Source: an uncultured Spirochaetota bacterium
GTDB lineage: Bacteria > Spirochaetota > Spirochaetia > SZUA-6 > CAVTHK01
Reading direction: 5' to 3'
NCBI GenBank assembly: GCA_963734495.1
Contig: CAVTHK010000001.1
Coordinates: 672,001 to 736,000, forward strand
Length of the DNA stretch: 64,000 nt
The notes beneath the pieces were generated by a model. It did not search any database and was not told the origin of the DNA. It saw nothing but the letters and a program-made list of their open reading frames with translations. Both the position numbers and the translations under genes were made by a program. How positions within the stretch are numbered: position 1 is the first letter of the stretch; each line of letters begins with the position of its first letter. Positions 38,855-47,648 of this stretch are shown here, piece by piece.

Positions 38855-40074
38855 GATCGCGTCCAAGAAGCGGGTGGACCCGCGTCGCCTTCGGCGATGT
38901 CGTGCGACAGGTCAGGGACCGCGTCGATCCCGGACGAAGCCGGACTTGACCGCTACGTCGGCCGGCGAGCACATGGACACCGACGATCTGCGGATTCGAC
39001 GGTGGGGGACGATCGGCGACGGCTATCTCGGACCGCATTTCACATGCGCTTCAAGCCGGGGCACGTCCTCTATCGGATCGCGCCGGACCTATCAGCGCAA
39101 GGTCGCCGTCGCCGACTTCGATGGCGTATCTCGGCGAACACGACCTATCGTCCTCGAGCCGAAGGACCCGAAGTCCTGCTGCCCGAGTTGCTGCCGTTCA
39201 TCATGCAGACCGAGTCCTTCCACGAGCACTCGGTCGAGCAATCGAAGGGCTCGCTCAATCGCCTATGATCAACTGGTCAGACCTCGCGTGGTACGAGTTC
39301 GCCCTGCCGCCGCTGGAGGAGCAGCGGCGGATTGCGCAGACTGCTGCGCGCGGCCACGGATGTGGCCCAGTATCATGATGAGGCGGCTGCGCGTGTTCAG
39401 ATGGTCTCCGAGAGCATGCTGCTCCGATACTTTCAGGGAGCCCACCTCGGGGGCTTGATCCACGACGAGCGATTCGGCCGATACTCTCCCAGTCTGCCTC
39501 TCACACCTGTCGGAGAACTGTTGGTCGCGACGCAGTACGGGCTTTCGATGCCCTCCACCACAGGCGGCAGTTCCGGATGCTCCGCATGATGGATATGTCG
39601 GATGGCTCGGCAACTGACGACAGTCTCTGTTCCGTGGACCTGTCCGATGAAGATTTCAGTCGATACCGGCTTGAGCACGGCGATTTGCTCTTCAATCGCA
39701 CAAACAGTCATGAGCTGGTCGGACGTACCGGTGTTTACAGATTGGAGGGAGATCACGTGTTCGCCTCGTACCTTGTTCGTTTGAAGACCGACGCGAGCGC
39801 GCTCCTACCGGACTATCTCTGTGCCTTCCTAATGCTCCACTTGGGCGTCGACAAGTCATGCGATTTGCAACACGCGGCGTTAGCCAGACGAACGTCAATA
39901 CATCGAATCTGCGGAAAGTGCTGATTCCATTGCCGCCGATTGCGTATCAGCATACGGTTGTCGAGCGGATTGAGCGCCTGCGATGTGCGCGTCGATCTCA
40001 TCAGAGGAGAGCTAATCAAGCGCGAAGGCTCGCGGCGCAGGCTCGGGAACGACTTCTTGGGGACGACACGATGA
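38847..40074 (+). CDS. hsdS: Type I R-M specificity subunit (many indels)
   Basis: Reconstructed WTRVAFGDVV...FALPPLEEQRRIA (TRD1 + conserved helix) and GDLLFNRTNS...IPLPPIAYQ (TRD2). Confidence 0.85.
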
Positions 40075-43039
40075 CCTTCAACGAAGCCAACACCGTCGAA
40101 GCCTTCATCCGCGACCGACTCTGCGGCGGCATCACCCACCACACCGCCGTCGGTCCCGGCCTCGCCCGCCGCCACGGCCAGATCTCCGGCCTCGGCTGGC
40201 ACTTCCTCGCCCCGCAGAACCTTCCGCGCCAGCCGCACGAAGTCCTCGTCGAGGATCACCTGCGCGAGGCGCTGATCCGGCTGAACCCGGAGATCGCCGC
40301 CCAGCCCGACCGGGCCGACGATGTGCTCTACAAGCTGCGCGCCATCATCATGGGCGTGCGCAGCGACGGCCTCGTCAAGGCCAACGAGGAGTTCGCCGCC
40401 TGGCTCACCGGCGAGCGGTCGATGCCCTTCGGCGAGAACGGCGAGCATGTCACCATCCGCCTGATCGACTTCGCCGATCTCGAGCAGAACCAGTACGTCG
40501 TCACCACGCAGTACACCGTACCGCGCCGGGGCCACCGAGAAGCGGGCCGACCTCGTGCTGCTCGTCAACGGCATCCCGCTGGTCGTGATCGAGGCGAAGA
40601 CGCCGTCCGCGCGAGCCAGAGCTGGCTCGACGGGGCGCTCCAGGTGCACGACGACTACGAGCGCAACGTCCCCGAGCTGTTCGTGCCGAACGTGTTCTCC
40701 GTCGCCACCGAGGGCAAGGAGTTCCGCTACGGCTCGATCGGGCTGCCGGTCGAGCTCTGGGGACCGTGGCGGATCGAGGCCGACACGAAGACGCCGGCCC
40801 TGCAGCAGATCGAGAAGGCGGTCGCGTCGATGCTGCGGCCGCACGTCGTGCTCGACCTGCTCGCCAACTTCACCGCCTACGCCACCGACAAGAAGAAGCG
40901 CCGCATCAAGATCATCGCCCGCTACCAGCAGTACGACGGCGCGAACAAGATCGTCGAGCGCGTGGTGGCCGGGCACCCGAAGAAGGGCCTGATCTGGCAC
41001 TTCCAGGGCTCGGGCAAGTCGCTGCTGATGCTCTTCGCGGCGCGCAAGCTGCGCCTGCACCCGGCGCTCAAGAATCCGACCGTGATGATCGTGGTGGACC
41101 GCATCGATCTCGACACCCAGATCTCCGAGCACCTTCTACGCCGCCGACACGCCGAACCTGGTGAAGGCCGACAGCCGCGCCGAGCTGCAGCGGCTGCTGG
41201 CGCAGGACGTGCGCAAGATCATCATCACGACGATCTTCAAGTTCGGCGAGGCCGACGGCGTCCTCAACGACCGCAGCAACATCATCGCCATGGTCGACGA
41301 GGCCCACCGCACGCAGGAAGGCGACCTCGGCCGCAAGATGCGCGAGGCGCTGCCCAACGCGTTCCTGTTCGGCCTGACCGGCACGCCGATCAACCGCGCC
41401 GACCGCAACACCTTCTACGCCTTCGGCGCCGACGAGGACGAGCGCGGCTACATGAGCCGCTACGGCTTCGAGGAGTCGATCCGCGACGGCGCCACGATGC
41501 CGCTGCACTTCGAGCCGCGCCTGCTCGAGCTGCACATCGACAAGGAGGCGATCGACGAGGCCTTCAAGGAGCTGACCGGCGGCCTGAGCGACCTCGACAA
41601 GGACCAGCTCGCCAAGACCGCCGCGAAGATGGCCGTGCTGGTGAAGTCGCCGGAGCGCATCCAGAAGATCTGCGCGGACATCGCCCAGCACTTCCAGGAG
41701 AAGGTCGCGCCCGAACGGCTTCGGGGCGCAGGTCGTCACCTTCGACCGCGAGAGCTGCGTGCTCTACAAGAAGGCGCTCGACGAGCACCTGCCGCCGGAG
41801 GTCTCCGACATCGTCATGACGGTGAACAGCGGCGAGGACGAGTACGCGCCCTACCGCCGCGAGCGGGACGCCGAGGAGAAGCTCCTCGACCGCTTCCGCG
41901 ACCCGGCCGATCCGCTGAAGATCCTGATCGTCACCTCGAAGCTGCTGACCGGCTTCGACGCGCCGATCCTGCAGGCGATGTACCTCGACAAGCCGCTGCG
42001 CGACCACACGCTGCTGCAGGCCATCTGCCGCACGAACCGCCCCTACGGCGAGGCGAAGACCCACGGCCTGATCGTCGACTACCTCGGCGTCTTCGACGAC
42101 GTGGCCCAGGCGATCCAGTTCGACGAGGAGGGCATCACCCGGGTCGTCACCAACATCAACGAACTCGTCGGCAAGCTGCCCGAGGCCATGCAGAAGTGCC
42201 TGGCCTACTTCCCGGGCGTCGATCGCACCGTCACCGGCTACGAGGGGCTGATCGCCGCGCAGGACTGCCTGCCCAACAACGACACGCGCGACCGCTTCGC
42301 CGCCGACTACAGCTACCTGAGCCGCCTCTGGGAGGCGATCTCGCCCGATCCGGTCCTGAGCCAGTACGAGACCGACTACCGCTGGCTGTCGCAGGTCTAC
42401 GAGTCGGTGAAGCCCTCGACCGGCACGGGCAAGCTGCTCTGGCACGCGCTCGGGCCGAAGACGATCGAGCTGATCCACGAGCACGTCCACGTCGACGCGA
42501 TCCGCGACGACCTCGACACGCTGGTCCTGGACGCCGACCTGCTCGAAGCCGTGCTCGGCACGCCCGACCCGGACAAGAAGGCCAAGGAGATCGAGATCAA
42601 GGTCGCCCGGCGCCTGCGCAAGCGGCTGCACGACCCGCGCTTCAAGGCGCTCGGCGAGCGGCTCGAGGCCCTGAAGGAGCGGCACGAGCAGGGGCTGCTC
42701 CTCAGCATCGACTTCCTGAAGGCGCTGCTCGAGCTGGCCCGCGACGTCGTCGCCGCCGAGCAGGCCGCCGAGCCCATCGACGACGAGACGCTCGGCAAGG
42801 CCGCGCTCACCGAGCTCTTCGAGGAGGCGAAGAACGACGAGACGCCGATCATGGTCGAGCGCGTCGTCAACGACATCGACGAGATCGTGCGCTACGTCCG
42901 CTTCGACGGCTGGCAGAACACCCACGCCGGCGAGCGCGAGGTCAAGATGGCGCTGCGCAAGACGCTGTTCAAGTACAAGCTCCACCAGGATCAGGAGCTG
43001 TTCGACCGGGCCTACGGGTACATCCGGCAGTACTACTGA
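40071..43039 (+). CDS. hsdR: Type I R-M restriction subunit (indels near 40520, 40605, 41128 and 41715)
   Basis: VNGIPLVVIEAK, HFQGSGKS, VDEAHR, LTGTP, LLTGFDAP, QAICRTNR. Confidence 0.92.
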
Positions 43040-43223
43040 CCGACCGGGCGGAAGTAGCTGTCCGAGGCGTGGGCGATAGCCTGACGCCGGCTACGGTTCG
43101 TCCTTCCCATTGTGTTTCTGGAGTTCGGCAATGTAGGCGACCGGGTGCTGCGCCCCGCAGGGCTGCCTCTACGAGAGTGAGCGTCAAAGAGAACACCCGA
43201 TACGCCAATGCACTGGGGGGTGT

Positions 43224-43252
43224 TTGCAGTGTGACGATACTCGTAGTAGACT
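43224..43252 (+). promoter_or_regulatory. Sigma70-type promoter of the TA pair
   Basis: TTGCAG, 17 bp, TAGACT; inverted repeat CACTG-N11-CAGTG (43211-43231) overlaps the -35. Confidence 0.55.
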
Positions 43253-43295
43253 TTGACTGTCGAAACTCCCAAGCCACACGGGCGGGGCGGAAATC

Positions 43296-43853
43296 ATGTT
43301 CCAGTACAACGCTGAGAGGACTGCCCAAGCCGCGGCCCATCTGATCCGGCGCGCGGGCGGCCGTATCAACTACATGAAGCTCATCAAGCTCCTCTACATG
43401 GCTGATCGCGGCTCCTTGGCGAGGTGGGGTCAGCCGATCACAGGTGACCGCTTCGTGTCGATGCCGCACGGCCCTGTTCTGACCCGCGTGTACGATCAGA
43501 TCACCACGGGACCGGACCCAGCCGTGTCACTCGCCCCGTGGTTTCGACTGATCGAGCGCGAAGGCTACGATGCGAGGAATGTCTCAGACGATCCGGCTAC
43601 CGACGAACTGAGCCGCCGCGAAGTGGCGCTCCTGGACTCCGTCTTCGACGAGTTCCGAGACATGGACCAGTGGCAAATGCGTGACTATTGCCACGCCGAG
43701 TTGCCCGAGTGGCAAGACCCACAAGGGTCGAGCTATCCCATCCCCTTCGAGCGGGTCCTACAAGTGCTTGGCAAGAGCGCCGAGGAAATCCGCGAGGCCC
43801 ACGAGGAAGCTGCCTTCATGGACTTCGCGCGCGAAGCTCTCGGCGCGGAATGA
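43296..43853 (+). CDS. Panacea-domain (DUF4065/SocA-like) antitoxin
   Basis: MKLIKLLYMADR...GQPITGDRFVSMPHGPV...YCHAELPEW. Confidence 0.88.
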   Translation: MFQYNAERTAQAAAHLIRRAGGRINYMKLIKLLYMADRGSLARWGQPITGDRFVSMPHGPVLTRVYDQITTGPDPAVSLAPWFRLIEREGYDARNVSDDPATDELSRREVALLDSVFDEFRDMDQWQMRDYCHAELPEWQDPQGSSYPIPFERVLQVLGKSAEEIREAHEEAAFMDFAREALGAE

Positions 43854-44212
43854 ATGTAGGTGACACTTTCCTCATGGAGCACCCCAGGGGGCGCCGGAAG
43901 CACCTGTTCTTCGTGGTGTTCAAGACAGAGACCGACCGGCTACTGCTTGTTCATGTTTCCTCCATTAAGCTCGGGCGCGACTGCGACACGAGCTGCGTTG
44001 TTCGACGCGGCGAGCACCCCTTCATCAAGCACGATTCCTTCGTGGTGTACTCGGCGGCCATGTTTGCCATAGAGAGTCATGTCGAGGCACAGATTCGTGC
44101 TGGAATCTGTCGACCGCAAGCGTCCGCAAGCCCGGCGCTGCTCAAGCGCATCAGCGACGGCGCACACGTCTCAGCGGCACTGCCTGGGAAATATGCGTCC
44201 TACTTCCCGTGA
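43850..44212 (+). CDS. Putative toxin, PemK/MazF-like fold
   Basis: ATGA overlap with Panacea gene; VGDTFL...KHLFFVV...VHVSS...GEHPFIKHDSFVVY. Confidence 0.6.
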   Translation: MNVGDTFLMEHPRGRRKHLFFVVFKTETDRLLLVHVSSIKLGRDCDTSCVVRRGEHPFIKHDSFVVYSAAMFAIESHVEAQIRAGICRPQASASPALLKRISDGAHVSAALPGKYASYFP

Positions 44213-44285
44213 CGGTAGCGATGCCAAGACACGACTGGGGTGCCGCCGGTCGGCTGTTCACAGGGGAGGACTCGGCCGCGGCGTG

Positions 44286-44816
44286 TCACTTGTCGCACGC
44301 TATGGTCACAACGCCAGCCACTGCACCGAGGCAGATGATCAACGTAATGCCCAAGGCCATCCAGCAGTTGCGCGCGAAGCGCTCGACCACGAGCCGAGGC
44401 GCGCAGGTCTTGCCCAACCGCTTCGCCTTCTCTTCCCGGCTGAGATACAGTGATCGCCACGACCAATTGAACCTGCTCAGGTCGCCCAGGGTGCTGAATT
44501 GCACGTACACGCCGTGAGCCGCGGTGAACATAATCAGCATAAATGCCACCCATTTCACGATCGCGTAGAACGGAGGCGGCAGGTATGGGTGTTGGCTCTG
44601 GAAAAGAAGCACGCAGCTGCCGTCTATGAGGAGAGCGTAGTAGGCGGCCTGCTTGTGGTTGGTCTTGACCCACTGGATTTCTGCCTGGCCGGGTCCCGTG
44701 TCCTGCCCCGCGACGCGCTCCGGGATACGCTCCCTGTTGCGTTCGACCCAGCGCCTGTGCGTGCGCGTCCAGAGCCGGTCCGACCTCTTGGTCGCTCGCG
44801 TCCGCCTGTTCGCCAT
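44286..44816 (-). CDS. Hypothetical membrane protein (2-3 TM)
   Basis: 176-aa ORF with hydrophobic segments; own promoter TTGACG, 17 bp, GATGAT, 5 nt, ATG (44850-44822). Confidence 0.6.
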   Translation of the reverse strand: MANRRTRATKRSDRLWTRTHRRWVERNRERIPERVAGQDTGPGQAEIQWVKTNHKQAAYYALLIDGSCVLLFQSQHPYLPPPFYAIVKWVAFMLIMFTAAHGVYVQFSTLGDLSRFNWSWRSLYLSREEKAKRLGKTCAPRLVVERFARNCWMALGITLIICLGAVAGVVTIACDK

Positions 44817-45148
44817 AGGACATCATCGGAGCGACGGTCGGACCCGTCAAGGCAGTAGCATCGCCGCCGGAGAGCGTGGCGGCGGCCTTGTAGCGCTTCC
44901 GAGGTAGGGCTTGCCACGTGAAAGCGAGGCCGCGATCGCGCGTGAAGCGATGTTGCCCGGCGACCGACTTTTGGCAGATTATTGGCGCTCAGGTCGAGCT
45001 TCGAGCGCAGCCGCGGCAGACACGCGTAGCGGCCCGAGAACCCGTCCGGGGTATTAGGACGCGGCAAACGTCCCGCCGACGCGCTGGTGGCCCGCGATCA
45101 CGTGGGCCGGGGCACTCTCGCACACGGTTCGGGACTCCGCTTTGAGTT

Positions 45149-45215
45149 TGGTACCCTGAGCGTTCGCAAAGCCATATGAAATCAACGTCTCGAATCAGGG
45201 TACCAGCCAGGGTAC
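45149..45215. repeat. Arm-type repeats on the attR side
   Basis: Inverted copy TGGTACCCTG 45149-58; tandem CAGGGTACCAGCCAGGGTAC 45196-45215; IHF-like AATCAAcgtcTCG 45180-92 between them. Confidence 0.75.
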
Positions 45216-45257
45216 TAAAATCGTAGAAATGTCCGTAGACGTCAGTATCGGCCTGTA

Positions 45258-45286
45258 TTGACAAGACACTGTAAAATACCTACGTT
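45258..45286 (+). promoter_or_regulatory. Outward-facing sigma70-type promoter in the attR arm
   Basis: TTGACA, 17 bp, TACGTT. Confidence 0.5.
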
Positions 45287-45336
45287 TGTATCACCATGGA
45301 TCGAGTGGTCAATGATGGTACAAGGGGGCCGATTAC

Positions 45337-45390
45337 ATTCAGGGTCTAGTCCGCAATACGCGGGTGGAGGTTCAAGTCCTCTTCCGGGCA
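45337..45390 (+). repeat. attR core (duplicated tRNA-Leu 3' half)
   Basis: 54/54 identity to 30551-30604; the 5' half of the tRNA is absent. Confidence 0.95.
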
Positions 45391-45507
45391 GTCTTAATCC
45401 CTTGTTTGTAACGAATTAGAAGAACGCCCCCAACTCCCCGGGTTTACAGAACCCGGATCTGGTCTATGCTTTGGTTTTCAAGAGTGAGACTGAAGGAGGC
45501 CGGGGCA

Positions 45508-45901
45508 TGCGAAGAAGCCCTTCCAGGTTCTTCGCCACAGCGCCAAGGCCTCCAGGCATGCGTTCTACGTGTCCTTCCGCGTGCCCGACGGCACCGTCGC
45601 CTCGCCGCGTACCAGCCGCCAGACCTCGCGAGGAGCGGCGGAGACTTGGGCCATCCAGCAGATCAACGAGGGCAAGATCCCAGTCGTCCAGAAGGCCGCC
45701 CCCCGGGAACGTCCGTGAAACTTGTGGCGTCTCCTCACGGATTTCTGGGACTACGACACGTCCAGGCACGTTCGTGGCAAGCTCGCCCGAGGTGGGAGGA
45801 TGAGCTTGACTAGCGACACACACCCGGGGGTCGAAGCCGTCGAGGTCGAGGAGCCTGCGGAACTCCTCGACGGTGAGCGTGCCCCGCTTGCCGCGGCCCA
45901 T
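45508..45901 (+). pseudogene. Degenerate second integrase (N-terminal part on +, internal fragment inverted)
   Basis: + strand AKKPFQVL...FYVSFRVPDG...AETWAIQQI...DFWDYDTSRHVRGKLARG aligns by eye with the intact Int N-terminus; - strand 45901-45812 KRGTLTVEEFRRLL resembles Int ERGILTGPELVAL. Confidence 0.75.
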
Positions 45902-46065
45902 GATCTTGCAGTAGAGCCACCCGCCACAAATCGGCGCCTTTCGTCCGCCATTTCACAATTGACGCGATATCGGGGCAGTCACTAATCTAGACGCATCGTG
46001 ATCTCACTTGACGGCAGTCGGTGGAGGGCATCGCCGGAATGTGAGCAAGCGACGAGGAGCGGAAG

Positions 46066-46758
46066 TTGAGAAAGTCAGCGTTCATTCTGGGCTGTGGCCT
46101 GCTAGTGGCCGCATGCGGTCGGTCGATGGAGCTGAAGGGGACAACCCTGAATTCCCCACGGCTCGCGTCTGACTTCGCACTCGTCGACCAGCACGGCAAG
46201 CCGTTCCGCCTGGCTGATGCGCGCGGAAAGGTCGTGGTCCTTTCGTTCCTCTACACCCATTGTACAGACGTCTGTCCCTTCGAGGCGCTGAAGATCAAGG
46301 CCGCGATTCCCCTGCTTGGCTCCGACGTCAACGATGTCGCTTTTGTGGCCGTGACGACAGATCCCGAACGCGACACGCAGCAGGTCATGGCTGACTACAG
46401 CCGTGAGGCAGGGCTTTTCGACAGTTGGCACTTCCTCACAGGACCAGTCAAAGACGTCAAACAGGTCTGGGCCGACTACGGCATCGGCGTGGCTGTGAGC
46501 AAGGAGGACCACGACACCGGCGGTTCGGCCGCCGGCAAATCCCAGGGTCGCGAAGAGCCCCCCACACAGGGATTGACTAACGATGACCTCAATACTGCAG
46601 GTCGATTGATCGACCGTTTCGGCGGCGGATATGAAGTGTCACACAGCGCCCCGTACTGGTTCATTGATCGATCAGGAAAGCTTTGCGCGACCATGGACGC
46701 CGACGTGCTGCCCGGCGATATCGCGTACAATGTGCGGGTACTTCTGCACGGACGATAG
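46066..46758 (+). CDS. SCO1/SenC family lipoprotein
   Basis: Lipobox LVAAC, YTHCTDVCP, TDPERDT, WHFLTG, VSHS. Confidence 0.9.
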   Translation: MRKSAFILGCGLLVAACGRSMELKGTTLNSPRLASDFALVDQHGKPFRLADARGKVVVLSFLYTHCTDVCPFEALKIKAAIPLLGSDVNDVAFVAVTTDPERDTQQVMADYSREAGLFDSWHFLTGPVKDVKQVWADYGIGVAVSKEDHDTGGSAAGKSQGREEPPTQGLTNDDLNTAGRLIDRFGGGYEVSHSAPYWFIDRSGKLCATMDADVLPGDIAYNVRVLLHGR

Positions 46759-46781
46759 ACTCACCCGGACTTAGTAGTGCT

Positions 46782-47648
46782 GTGCGCCACGCGCTTGTCG
46801 CCTTTGCCCTGATCCTCTTGCCGTTCGCGCGCTCGAAAGCGGATGGCAACGTGGCGCAGCGCTCGATCGGTATCGACCAGAGGCTTGGGAACGAAGTCCC
46901 GCGCGATGTTGTCTTCACCGATAGCGACGGCGCACGGCTCTCTCTTGGGTCGCTGCTGGGCAGGCCGACCCTTCTTACGTTGGTTTACTATCACTGCCCA
47001 AACATCTGCGACTACCTCCTGACCAACGTGGCGGGCGCATTGACCGCGTTGGCTGCAGACGCGGGCACCTTCTACAACGTCGTGTCCATCAGTATCAACG
47101 ACGCGGAGACCCCCGCTGATGCCGCAAAGGCTAAGCACATCGCCCTTGAGACGATCGAGGCGCCTTTCCCGCCGGCGGCATGGCGGTTTCTGGTCGGAGA
47201 CGAGGCTGGCATCCGCTCCGTGGCGGATGCGGTGGGCTTCAGCTTTCAGCGCAACGGCGACTACTTCGATCACCCGGTGGCGATCGTCATCCTCTCCCCT
47301 TCGGGCAAGGTTGTCCGATACATGTACGGGGCTTCGTTCCTCCCGGCGGAACTGAAGCTGGCCTTTCTGCAGGCCCGCCAGGGAGTCATCGGCGTGAGCG
47401 TCGCGCGCCTCCTCCAGGTGTGCTTCGCGCGCGACCCAGTCAGTCACAGGTTTGTGTTCCGGACACTCCAGGTTGTGGCTACGGTGACCATTCTCATCGC
47501 GGCCGCTTTCGTTGTGTTTCTGGTTCTGTCCTCACAGGCCAGGCGTCGCTTGGGCCAAGAGACTCGCGCTGGTACAAATAGCAGCGAACATGAGGCGACG
47601 ACCGTTCAAGAAGGGCCAAAGCAGGAATCCTCGGGGTCGACCGCGTAG
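46782..47648 (+). CDS. SCO1/SenC family protein with C-terminal TM helix
   Basis: GIDQRLG, YYHCPNIC, WRFLVG, FDHP, VRYMYG; start uncertain. Confidence 0.88.
   Translation: MRHALVAFALILLPFARSKADGNVAQRSIGIDQRLGNEVPRDVVFTDSDGARLSLGSLLGRPTLLTLVYYHCPNICDYLLTNVAGALTALAADAGTFYNVVSISINDAETPADAAKAKHIALETIEAPFPPAAWRFLVGDEAGIRSVADAVGFSFQRNGDYFDHPVAIVILSPSGKVVRYMYGASFLPAELKLAFLQARQGVIGVSVARLLQVCFARDPVSHRFVFRTLQVVATVTILIAAAFVVFLVLSSQARRRLGQETRAGTNSSEHEATTVQEGPKQESSGSTA

Larger units (their letters stand above)
30551..45390 (+). mobile_element. tRNA-Leu-integrated, capsid-less satellite-like integrative element with defence cargo (14786 bp core to core)
   Basis: Exact 54-bp direct repeat at both ends; integrase adjacent to the tRNA; Xis-like and helicase genes; R-M and TA cargo. 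Confidence 0.93.

Noticed and set aside
39858-41819. In-frame HsdS-HsdR fusion
   Set aside because: An ATGA overlap at 40071-40074 follows a G run, in the most indel-rich region. A single-base error is the simpler explanation.
35841-43039. Programmed frameshifting or phase variation in hsd genes
   Set aside because: The breaks are numerous and are not at long homopolymers or slippery heptamers. Similar breaks hit pyrG and lptC, and no invertase or inverted hsdS copy is present.
45337-45390. Second tRNA-Leu gene
   Set aside because: Only the 3' 54 nt are present, with no D-arm or 5' acceptor strand. It is attR.
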